A DNA stretch of 64,000 bases from Azolla caroliniana (lineage: Eukaryota; Plantae; Polypodiophyta), in NCBI GenBank assembly GCA_043228905.1, contig JBHGNT010000015.1:16492001-16556000 (forward strand). Reading direction: 5' to 3'. The number at the start of each line of letters is the position of its first letter. Position 1 is the stretch's first letter. Positions 14,527-25,300 of the stretch are shown piece after piece. The position numbers were made by a program, and so were the translations under genes. The notes under the pieces are model-generated. The model was not told the DNA's origin. It worked only from the letters and a program-made list of their open reading frames with translations, and ran no database searches.

Positions 14527-14642
14527 TGTCGCGTTATTACACGTGTGCATGCAGAAGGGTCGGGACCACAGGGGTCTTGGACGAGGGAGAAAGGGATGAT
14601 GCCAAGAAAACCGACTCCGGACACGACCCGGAGGCAACCGAA

Positions 14643-14692
<50 letters not shown>

Positions 14693-17600
14693 TACATGAC
14701 GCCGACTCTTATGCACAGGAAACGAAAAGGGCTATACACCCGACACCACCAGAAACACCAATATGCACAAACAGATGTAAGTGTATATATTACAAAGGGG
14801 AAAGATACAACCCCAGCTTCAAGCCGGGTACGCTCAAAAGAAGAGAAGTTGGCCCTAACAGCTTTGCCACCACGGCTGAGGCACCCGACTTCTCAAGAAG
14901 GAGAAGAAGAAGAAGTTACTAACCCTAGGAAACAGAATGACCCTCGACAAAATTGGTATACCCTCACGACTCAAAATGGGCAACCCCTTCAAAAGGGACC
15001 CCTCCCTTCCATTTATAGCCCAAGGAGGGAGAGACGTTACAATGTGGGACAAATACTCCCCCTTTATTATATACATTGTTTTCCTACTATACATGTGCAC
15101 ATGTTGCACACCACTAACTTGCCCTTTCCACCCCAGTTTCACACTGTAACCGGAAACCACACATCCACCCCCACCAAACCACACATCCACTGGTATGTGC
15201 CAAGAAAGGAAAAGGGTGAGAGATCTCGGCGATGGTGATCAACCGGGTTCTTCACCTTCCCAGCACCCGACCGTCTTGTCAGTTCCTTGCCAACGTCGAT
15301 CCGTCTTGTCGGCTCCTTACCGGCCCCAACCCGTCGGCTCCATCTGATCCACCACATCCACCACACACACCTTCTTCTTCGATTGGCCCTCCCGAACACC
15401 ATTGCCGATCCGGTCTCTCTTCCTTCACTCGTCGTGCATGTCCTCTAGTTAGACCCCCGGTTACTTTGATTGCTCGCCGGATTCTGCGTACCATGTGCCG
15501 TGTGTGTCCCTCCTTTGATTTGACCATCTCTTCGTGCGGACTCCTCCCATCCCGCGCTCGCCTTCCGTAGACTCTTTTCGTGTGTCGTTATCGTCCCCCG
15601 AATGCGCGCTCATTCTTCGGTCCTTAGGTGACCCCATTACGCGTTCCTCCCTTTCTCCCTCGCTTGCCGTGCTCTCTCGTGGTAGAGTGTACCACCATCC
15701 CGACCTCCGTGTCGGTGTCCTTGCGTTGTCCCGGTTGCCATCCCATGTTGTTGCCCATCGCCTTCGTCCCCGCGCCGCCACCTTCCTTCTCCTTGGTCTT
15801 ACATTGCCTCGACGGCTTTAACTGCCAAAGTCTCCGAAACCGGTGTGGAGGATCCCTGTCTGGCCTTCCGTTCGAGATCACCTGAACCGGCAACCTTCCT
15901 TCGCCTTTGTAGTCCCGCTCTCGTTCCCGGCACCGCCTTGTGCCGTCTTTCGTCGTCCTTGTCCGGCACCGCCTATGCCGAACACCGTCCTTTACCCGTG
16001 CTTGCCTCGGCCCTCGATGGCCACCCGCACACTTCTTGTTCCGCTCCGAGCTTGTCCCTCACCGGCTTCCTTCCGAAACCGTAACCAACCGGTAAGGGTT
16101 CGGCCTTCGACAACTCCAGCCTTTCTGGCTCCCGGTCAGCTCTTCCTACATCGTCGGTTCTCGTTTCCTACCGCCACCATCCTTCTCACTCGGTCTCATG
16201 TTGCCATGTCGGCTCGAACTGCCGGTGTCTCCGGATCAGTGTGAGGATCCCATAGGAACGTTGTTTTCCTTTCTCTCCTCTCGTCTTCCGCATTGCCTTC
16301 CGGCCGGGTCGGTTCCCGACTCTCCCTTTGTTCTTGCCAGAAGGCCCGATTTTGGTTAGTGGCCACCTTGCTGGCCCTGATACCGTCATGCCTGCTCGTT
16401 CTCTCTTGGCGCATCGCCGCTTCCCATTTCTTGCCGCCACCATCCTTCTCACTCAGTCTCACGTTGCCATGTCGGCCCGAACTGCCGGTGTCTCCGGATC
16501 GGTGTGAGGATCCCATAGGAACGCCTATCCGCTGCCCCTTTTCCCTTGTCCCCTCGCCACCATCGTCAATCTCTTGGTCTTACGTCGGCTCCGTTGCCGA
16601 ATGCCGAAGTCTCTAGATCCGGTGTGAAGGATCCTCCTTGGGCCCCGATTTGTCTTCTCGACCCTTTCCCAGGTCGTCCTTCTCCACATGTCGAGAGGGT
16701 GGCTTGCTCCACACCCTCCCTCGTCGTACCATCGTACTGCGTTCCCAGCCTCTTTGTAGGCTTGCCTCTTCCTCCCTTCCGGATCGGTTATTCGGAAGTC
16801 CGCTCCACCCCGTTCTCGTCCAAGTCCGACCGTCACTCAGCATTGCCGAGTCCCGTTCTCCTGCCGCCACCGTCAGTATCTTGGTCTTACGTCGGATCCG
16901 ATGCCGATCGCCAAAGTCTCTAGCCCAGTGTGAGGTGACCCATAGGACCGGTCCTCGCTCTCCGCTTCATCCCTTGTACTTTTACCGAATTCGCCGTCGC
17001 TCTCCTTGCTGCGTTCCCACCTCCATCTTCCAACTCTTTCGGTCTCACGTTGCCATGTTGGCTTGAACTGCCGAAGTCTCCAATCAAGATGTGGAGACCA
17101 ATTTCGTAACGAATCTCGACGACTCGACCAGGGCCACCAACCCTTTTAGTGGTGTCGGTGGATAGCATCCACTCTGTGATCAACCAAGCCCCTCCTGGGC
17201 TTGATTCTCCAATGTCCGGAGTTTCGGCTCCGATGCTAATCCTGCCGGACTCGTTATGAACCCTTGATCACCTTCCTTTTGATTCCCAACCTTCGCCCGA
17301 TCGGTCTTTCTCCCCATGTAAAAGAGGGTGGCTCGTTCCGCACCCTCTTCCGTATCGGCACCCTCATGACGATTCTGGGCCCGATCGAGCAATCCACGAC
17401 CGGATCGCGCTCCAACTGAATCGGAGTGCCACGCGGTTCAGTCCCTGGTTGGGTCGTTTCTTGGTCTCTTCGTCGACCCTTTTGCGGGTCATTTCCCATC
17501 CATCTTCGCTGGCATCGTGCCAAGACTCCTCGATACCGTCACCCATCTCCTCGGTCTCACATAGGCGTAAGGGCCCGAATGCCGAGTTCTCCGGAATCGG

Positions 17601-18961
17601 TCCCGAGGGCTCTTGTCCGTTCCTTCCCCGTATCGTCTCGCCGATGATTCTCGGTCTCTCGCCGCCGCCTTCCTCCTCTTCGGACTCATGTGGGCACTCG
17701 GGCCCGACTGCCATTGTCTCGGAAGCAAGTGCGGGAAGACGCGCAGAATCGCTCGTCCTATTTACGCCCTTGTCCTTAGCCACCGGCTCCTCATGGCCGG
17801 TGGTCGAATTCTTCCTGATCGCACAAGCCCCGCCTGGGCTTGCTTCTCCAATGTCCGGAGTTTCGGGCCGACGTGCCCGAAACCACCGGTCCCAGCGTTC
17901 CGAATCTGCGATCGGTATCTCGGCCTTGTCCTTGGTTGTTCTATCTCCGCAAGCCGAGAGGGCGTTTTGTTTCGCACCCTCTCCCGTGGTACCATCGTAC
18001 CGATCTTCTGCCTTCTCGTGGGCCAGGTTCATCTCCTCGGTGTCAGTTTGCGGCCTCGATCTTTCCTCTTCCTCGAGCTGCGTATGCCTTCACAATCCTG
18101 ACCCCGAAGCCGAGCCTTGCCGACTCTCTTTGCCGTTCGACCTCTTCCCGCTGTGATGGCGCGCCATTGCGCGCCTTCCTCTTAGCCTTCTCGGTCCGTT
18201 CGTCATCTAGCCGTTGGGATACCCTTCCGACCTTCGACCAATCCTCCGTAAGGCCATTCGCTCTGTCATCGTCTTCGAGCTCAATCTCGATGGCCTCCCG
18301 TTCCGTTCAGTCGATCGACCTAACAAACAACAGGACTTTGTCCGCCCCCACCAAACTTTGCTCCCGCTCCGGAGTTGAGCAAGCCATCGCTCGAACTCTC
18401 AGAACGGCTTCATTGCGCCCCGGTGGGTCTTCGCCGATGCCACCCACTGGTCGAAGCCACATCGTCCCCGGCTCTTCCGTCGTCCTCCATGTGCCTGCAG
18501 GAGCGCCTCTTCGAAGGCCTCCCATGAACTATGAGCTTCTCGGAGCTCCTTCACTTCCGCGTGCATGCGGACTGCGACGACCCGACAGAAGAACTCCAGC
18601 CTCAACGCCTCGTCTACATCTCACTCCTCCATTTCCGTGTTGTAGGCTTCGAGGTAGAATGGGACTCTGTCCCCGTTGAAACGGCTGACTCTTTCGACCA
18701 CTCGCTCAACGGCTTGCTATGTTGTCTCTCTTCTTGTTGTTGCTCGTCCAAACTCCCTCACCGCTTCGACAAAAAGTTGTGCGAAGTCGTCTTCTTCCAA
18801 CTCTATTCTCCCTTGCCGCCCTTTCACGTCGGGTTCACCAAAGATGTCACGTTATTACACACGTGCGTGCAGAAGGGGCGGGACCACGGGGATCTCGGAC
18901 GAGGGAGAAAGGGATGATGCCAAGAAAACCGACTCCGGACACGACCCGGAGGCAACCGAAC

Positions 18962-19000
<39 letters not shown>

Positions 19001-19475
19001 TGCACGACGCCGACTCTTATGCATAGGAAACGAAAAGGGCTATACACCCGACACCACCAGAAACACCAATATGCACAAATAGATGTAAGTGTATATATTA
19101 CAAAGGGGAAAGATACAACCCCGGCTTCGAGCCGGGTACGCTCAAAAGAAGAGAAGTTGGCCCTAACAGCTTTGCCGCCACGGCTGCGGCACCCAACTTC
19201 TCAAGAAGGAGAAGAAGAAGAAGTTACTAACCCTAGGAAACAGAATGACCCTCAACAAAATTGGTATACCCTCACGACTCAAAATGGGCAACCCTTTCAA
19301 AAGGGACCCCTCCCTTCCTTTTATAGCCCAAGGAGGGAGAGACGTTACAATGTGGGACAAATACTTCCCCTTTATTATATACACTGTTTTCCTACTATAC
19401 ATGTGCACATGTTGCACACCACCGACTTGCCCTTTCCACCCCGGTTTCACACCATAACCGGAAATCTTCACGACA
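14527..19475 (-). mobile_element. Element C: non-autonomous Gypsy-like LTR retrotransposon; LTRs 18845-19475 and 14527-15163; tRNA-Trp PBS; decayed gag, no recognisable pol
   Basis: Two similar LTRs of about 630 bp; PBS at 18823-18840; purine-rich tract next to 15163. Gag fragments (MHAEVKELREAHSSWEAFE, KVLLFVRSID) match D gag. Flanks CCGT/CTAT. Confidence 0.85.
18823..18840 (-). promoter_or_regulatory. Primer binding site complementary to the 3' end of tRNA-Trp (element C)
   Basis: Minus strand TGGTGAACCCGACGTGAA, 4 nt from the LTR; plant cytosolic tRNA-Trp ends ...TTCACGTCGGGTTCACCA (from memory). Confidence 0.8.
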
Positions 19476-19516
19476 CTATGGTTGCAATCGCAGCAGCAAC
19501 AGGGTAGCACCTCCAT

Positions 19517-19690
19517 CAGATGGATGTGAAGAACGCCTTCCTCCAAGGGGAACTAGAGGAGGAAGTGTACATGATCCAACCACCCGGCTTTGAATCGCGC
19601 AATCAGATGGATGTGAAGAACGCCTTCCTCCAAGGGGAACTAGAGGAGGAAGTGTACATGATCCAACCACCCGGCTTTGAATCGCGCAAT
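19517..19690 (+). repeat. Perfect 87-bp in-frame tandem duplication in B RT
   Basis: [29 protein letters not shown] encoded twice (19517 and 19604). Confidence 0.95.
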
Positions 19691-19750
19691 CATCCAAACG
19701 TCGTGTGCCGACTCAAGAAGCCAATCTACGGCCTCAAGCAAGCACCGCGT

Positions 19751-22104
19751 TGTCGTGAAGAAAACCAGCGTAAACAGGAATTAGAGGATAAAGCAAGTGA
19801 GCCGACCTTTGCATGGGGACGCGTACATTAATAACTTTGTACATGACTAGGAGTAGGTCGACGCGATGTAAATATACTAGGAAGAATATATTTATTAGCT
19901 AGAAAATCGAAGTGTGTCTCTGCCCAAAGGGACAAAGAATAAAGAGGACGTGGCAGCCCCCCCCAAGCACTGTTCTTTCGGTTTCGTGTTTTGGGGAGGA
20001 GGAGGAAGTGTTGTCAGATTGGGGACCAAGCATTGTTCTTTCGGTTTCGGACAAGATTTCTGGTGGGTTGCCTCTGCTCACGAGGAGAGCCTGTGCGTTT
20101 TCGGTAGAGGCTCCATGCGTGTCCTTGTCCTGGTGTGCGTGAGCGTGCGTTTGGGCGGTCATCGGCGTGCCGGTTATAATCTGTGAAATATTGTAATCGC
20201 CTAGTAGTCGTAATCGATTCGTCTTGAGTAGTTGTCTTCTTGCCTAACTGTGGCCTTCTCTAATTTTGTTGTTGTCTTCATAACCAACCAAGCGTGTTTC
20301 TCCGTCTATCATTCACTTGTAGTTGTATTCTCGTCAGGCTTGGTGAGTGTTGTGCTCGCCGGCAACCAGTGCCTGCCGACCCATCGTTTCCGTTTTCTTC
20401 TCTCTCTATTTCACGCACTCCTCGGTTCATGGCCCCCGCGGTCCCGCCTTAGTTTCCTACGCGCAAGCGCGACAGCAGGACATCTTTGGTGAACCCGACA
20501 TGAATCAAGGCAATAGAGGAGTTGGAAGATGAGAGGATCCAAACTAGCCAAAGCCATGGTGGTAGCCGTTGACCGGCTAGTGAGTGCTCATGAGGGTACG
20601 AGTACCCTCGACAGGGCCATCGAATCGATTGTCGGCACAATAGGCCGGTTCAGAGGGAAGAATGCTATGAGCTATTTGGGGGCCTACTGAGCTGAGATTA
20701 TGATGAGGGACATCTCAGAGGACAGACAATTGGCCGGATTCCCTCATGTGGTGACACCGGTCATCCACGCAGAGGTGCTCGAGGTACAGGCTGCCTGCCG
20801 AACCTGGGGAGAGTTCGACAGGCGGCTCGATGACTCGCTTCGGCTATCGAAGCGGAACTTCATGGAATGGGTGGAGACCCCCGGAAAGGGGAGGAACGCG
20901 TCGGCGCTCCTCCGGGAGTTTGAAGAACTCTTTGCTCGGCTCTCGGCATTGGACAGGACCGTGCTTGACACAAGCCGTGTCCTGTTGTTCGTCAAAGCAG
21001 TGGACGTGCAGAACCGGGAACATGTGGGTCTTCTGTTGTAGACCGATGACAGGCTGACGGCTGACTGGGACGTGGTAAAATGAGTCTACGGCCATTTTGA
21101 CAAACGTTGTGATTGGAGCAATGAGGGTTCGTCGACAGTGGGACCAATTTTCGCAAGGAAGCTTGAGGAGTCGTTGCTACCGCGAAAGGAGGAGACCTGA
21201 TGTTGGCTTGAGACGAGCTCAGCCCCAACTGGCGTGGTCAAAGGCCCATCCGGAGGAGCAGCTCTGGAAGAACTGACACAGATGGTGCGTGATCTTCAGA
21301 TCGCACATGCCTGGAGAGACAACGGAGAACAGTCGTGCGACCGAAGGCCTCCGGCTAGACAACAGTGCATGTGGTGCGATGCGGTCGGCCATAGCAGGAA
21401 AGACTGCACAGAGTTTACGGAAGCGCTCAGAAGTAAAGTGGTTTACTTGTGGAATGCGTGGGTACACGCTAGTGATACCCAGAGGGCCCTAGAGATGAAT
21501 GTCGGACACGGCAGGTGAAGCGGTTGATGGAGGAAGCTGTGGCGCACCATGTCGAGGTCGTCCACTATTCCGCCTCTGCTGGGATCCGGGTCGGAGGCGA
21601 CGGAGGCCAAAGGACGAAGGATTCTGGATTCTCGCCATCAATACTAGAAGGCCTCTCCGGAGTACCACTGAAGAGGGAGGAAGTGGACCACGTGGAGCAA
21701 CGTGTCCGGGAAGTCAAAGGATGGTCTGATCCGGTTGAGGAGAAGACCGGGTTTGTGGAAGCGGCATGCCAAAACTACGAAGTTCTAGTAGAGGATAAGC
21801 GTGTAGGAAGAGCCAGAGGGACCGGACCCCCAAATCAGTATGACACTCGGTTCGGACCAAAGAAGAATGATGCCGGTAATTCCGGCATACTGGACAAAAC
21901 GAAGCAGACCGCTTACCCGTTGGGCACGGAGATTGAGAGATCGACGGACTTGCGGAAGGTCCTCGAAGAGCGGATCCTCAACAGCAAGGTGGAGTTGTCG
22001 TTGAGAGAAGTGCTCGGAATCGCAAAGAGGGAGTTCCACAAGTGCATCGTGGACTTGGTAAAGCGTAAACGGCTCTCAACGGAGCCGGAACTGGAGAAGC
22101 CCGT
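19751..22104 (+). mobile_element. Element D: truncated Gypsy-like element; 5' LTR 19751-20482, tRNA-Trp PBS 20487-20504, decayed gag
   Basis: Starts TGTCGTGAAGA; LTR ends GGACA, then TCTT and TGGTGAACCCGACATGAA; CCHC knuckle CMWCDAVGHSRKDC. Confidence 0.85.
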
Positions 22105-22438
22105 TGTCGTGAAAAATCCATCACTACGTGCGGATCGTGAGGCGGAACCGTTGGGGTTTTGGACCGGAAGGATTCAAAGTTTGTACTAGCTTTAGCGAGA
22201 AAGTATTTAAGATAGATTGAGAGAGATTGATATGAAGAAAGAGATTAAGATTGAACCCTTTACTTTAGAATTGAGGAACAAGATATATCATCAATTGGAT
22301 AACGAATTTTCTTCTTAATATTAATTTTGATATAAAGTACAAAGCTTGATTGATTAATACCTAGCCCGTTTTTCCTCTCTATCCACTCTTTTATAGATGC
22401 CCCCATGCATATGATGCATGTGAGGGTACAACACATGC
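22105..22438 (-). mobile_element. Element E: terminal fragment of the same LTR family as 27306-28650
   Basis: Reverse-complement match to about 28320-28650 (tgtcgtgaa..atcactacgtgcggatcgtgagg...). Confidence 0.85.
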
Positions 22439-24419
22439 AGTGCATTTCTCAAGTTGCATGTTCTTCACCTCCGGAATGAGGTTATCCTCGGCAAGCTTCC
22501 ACATCCCCTTTTGGCTCATGGGGCACAACCTCGTGTGCCACAATTCACCGACTGTTTTGGCTGCCACATTCACTTCCACACAGCATAATCGAGCATTCAT
22601 TACGTACAGTGTGTTAGTTTTCCATGCTCGAGCCACGATTAGGCTCCCCTTGCAGAACTTCATAACACCATTCCGGATGCTACTCGTGTAGCCTTCATCA
22701 TCCAGCCAACCGGTTGATATCAGGTTCAATCGAACCTCCAGAATGTGTCGAGCATCTCTCAGCACGAGTCTACAGCCAGTTGAGGTCACCAAACACACGT
22801 CTCCAATGCCGACGATTCATCATGCTCCTTCATTTCCCATCTTTATGGATCTGAGATCATCGGCCCTCTACGATGAGAAGCATTTCCGGACAGGGGTTAG
22901 GTGAAATGACTCACCCGAATCGACCACCCATGTTGATTCATCGCCGACAAGGTTCACTTCGTTATGCTCGCTAATGAGTAGCAACTCCTCCTCACTTGTC
23001 GCGATCGCTGAGGTGTTCCTGCTTTCCGAAATTTTTTTCGGTTGCACACCATCGGCTCCCCCTTGTTCCTTTCGGAAATGTCGGCAATTCTTTTGAAAGT
23101 GCCTCGGCTTCCCCCAATAGAAGCACGTGGGCCTTCCTCTCGACTTTGACCTCGTCCCCGATTTGTCCCGATTTTGGGGACTCCGATACCGGCTTCTTCC
23201 CCAGTTGTGGTCATCTTCCGTAACCAAGGCCTTCGGATCAGTTCCAGACTCTCAGTCCTTTCAGCGAGCTTCTTCATCTAGCAAGCTTGATTTGACTCTT
23301 GCTAGGGACAATTGTTTTCCTTCCAGCCCGGCGTTGCGCAACGTGAAAACTGGCGTCTCCCAACTATCCGGGAGGGAACCAAGCAGGAGTAATGCGAGTA
23401 CCTCATCGGCGAGAGGTACTTCCAACGAGGTTGCCTGGTTTATTAGTCCCTGGAAGGCATTCATGTGCTCCGACATACTAGAGCCATCTTGGTACTGGAG
23501 CCTCACTAGCTTCCGGAATACCGAAACCTGATTAACATCATTCTTGTTCTGGAACATGATGTCGATCTTCTCCCAGAGTTCATGAGCCTTACTTTCTTCA
23601 TTGAAATTGTTGTACAAGCTCATGTCGATGAAGCACCGGATGTACGTCATCGTCTTCATGTGCATCACCTCCCACACTATGGCGTCGATCTTATCCGGCC
23701 TCTTGTCCCCGAACTGATCCTGCAACCAAAGATCTTTAACCACCAGCATATCCCTCATCTTCGACTTCCACACTAAGTAATTGGAGACAGTGAGCTTGAA
23801 CATGACGTTGAACGATTCTTCCATTTCCTGTGTTGTTCGCTCTTATACCACTTTGTCGAGAATCGTGACCGGCCACAACCGGCTTCTCGTTCGGATGTTC
23901 GGGTGCAGGGAACGTAAAATAGAATGCACTCAGACAGAGAACGAAAACAGAAATAGCACAAGAGATAGAAACACATGATTTTAACGTGGAAACCTAAAAT
24001 GGGAAAAACCACGGGGGTCCACAAACCCCGAGAAACTAAATCACTATGGTAAAAGGAGGAGTACAACTAGAAGCTCTGAGGCAACGGCCTCGAGAGTCAA
24101 CTTTGTCAACAAACGGCTACAGAGTTACACACGCTCTCACTCTCACTCACTTACTGTTACACAGTTACATAGGCAACGACCTTCTAAGTCACCTTTTTAA
24201 CAACAAATCATCATAATAGTAACATTATGATTGCCCTAAGTACTTATACTAGTACACCTTTTAGGTTATTTATAAGTGTAGCCCATAAGGGCATATTTAG
24301 ACTATTTACAAGGATAGTCTTCCGAGTTGGTTGTCTACACGATTTCGGTTTTGGCCTCGGCCGAGTTTCTCATCAACTCGGCTCTTCTCTTCCCATCCGG
24401 AGGGACCCATTTCCTAATA
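22439..24419 (-). mobile_element. Truncated Tork-like copia F: 5' LTR 23854-24419, PBS 23839-23850, gag-PR up to the integrase zinc finger
   Basis: PBS TGGTATAAGAGC (1 mismatch); gag ORF 23261..23824; WVVDSGESFHLT; ELWHTRLCPM..EKCTAC. Confidence 0.88.
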
Positions 24420-24986
24420 GAACCAAGTGAAGGATAGGTTGGTTCATCCAACCAATGCAAGCGACTACCAGGCCGACTACCAGTGAAGGATGGTTGACGA
24501 TAAGGCTAATTAGTCGAGCTAACCGGATACTCGACATAGGAGTTGGCTAGTCGAATCGACTAGACTATCGACTTGTGGTTCAAATAGTCAAGTCGATTAG
24601 TCGGCCGATTAACTGTTATTATTGCATCATCATAATAACTTAATCCTCTTATAGATATGGGTGATTAAGTGTACAGCTGAGAGGAAGTTGTAGACCTGTG
24701 CAGAATAGTTGAGTGCAACAGAGAATAGGAAGAGACGAGAGAGAGAGCGTGAGAGTGAGTGACATTCTTGTAAAACCCTAAGTGGTGAATACTCTCATAT
24801 GACAAAGTTCTTGTAATTTGTTTTTCCTCTTGTATCTCTATTGTATAGTGGAGATCTGTTGCCCCTGGTTTTCCCCTTGTTTTAGGGTTTCCACATAAAT
24901 ATTGTGTACTATGTATTCTCTATGTTTTGTTGTTTTCTATGAATTTGTACATCTTTTGATTCTACCTTGCTTGTAAATTATCTACA
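24420..24986 (+). repeat. Partial copia LTR (family Z), partner of 5012-5269
   Basis: Matches 5012-5269, carries the TAGGGTTTCCAC motif, ends ...TCTACA. Confidence 0.65.
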
Positions 24987-25300
24987 ATCCGAACTCAACA
25001 CTTTTGCAAAGTCAACAAATCAATTACAACAAAGAATGTTCTTTGTATTCATTCTCACATGAAGGAGAATGTGAGTAAGTCATATGGAAGCAATGGTGAG
25101 GATTGTTAGAAATGAATACATTGCTCAAAGAGCCATCACATGCAATAAAATTGTAGTATTACCTGCAAAGAGGTAGTCCCTCGTTTTTGCCATAGCACAA
25201 ACACCAAGCATAGAGAGATAAATGTATATTCTATCTACATAATAAAGAGAGGGAGACTACACAAATCACACTAAGAGTGATATTAAAAGTTTGCATCACA

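Larger units (their letters stand above)
9458..19750 (+). mobile_element. Decayed Ty1/copia element B (Ale/Retrofit-like, same family as H): 5' LTR 9458-10296, PBS 10297-10308; interrupted four times; 3' part missing
   Basis: Gag KLDRTNFASWEYKMHQYL, knuckle CRYCGKHGH, protease DSGASNHM, integrase, and RT pieces KARLVAKGY and MDVKNAFL rejoin across the nested insertions. Confidence 0.9.

Noticed and set aside
15775-17100. Repeat-spacer pattern resembling a CRISPR array
   Set aside because: Repeats are long and degenerate, spacing is irregular, they lie inside an LTR element in plant DNA, and no cas genes are present.
15200-18700. Many overlapping 100-280 aa ORFs as novel genes
   Set aside because: Low-complexity Pro/Ser/Arg products expected from GC-rich, strand-skewed sequence; no recognisable domains.
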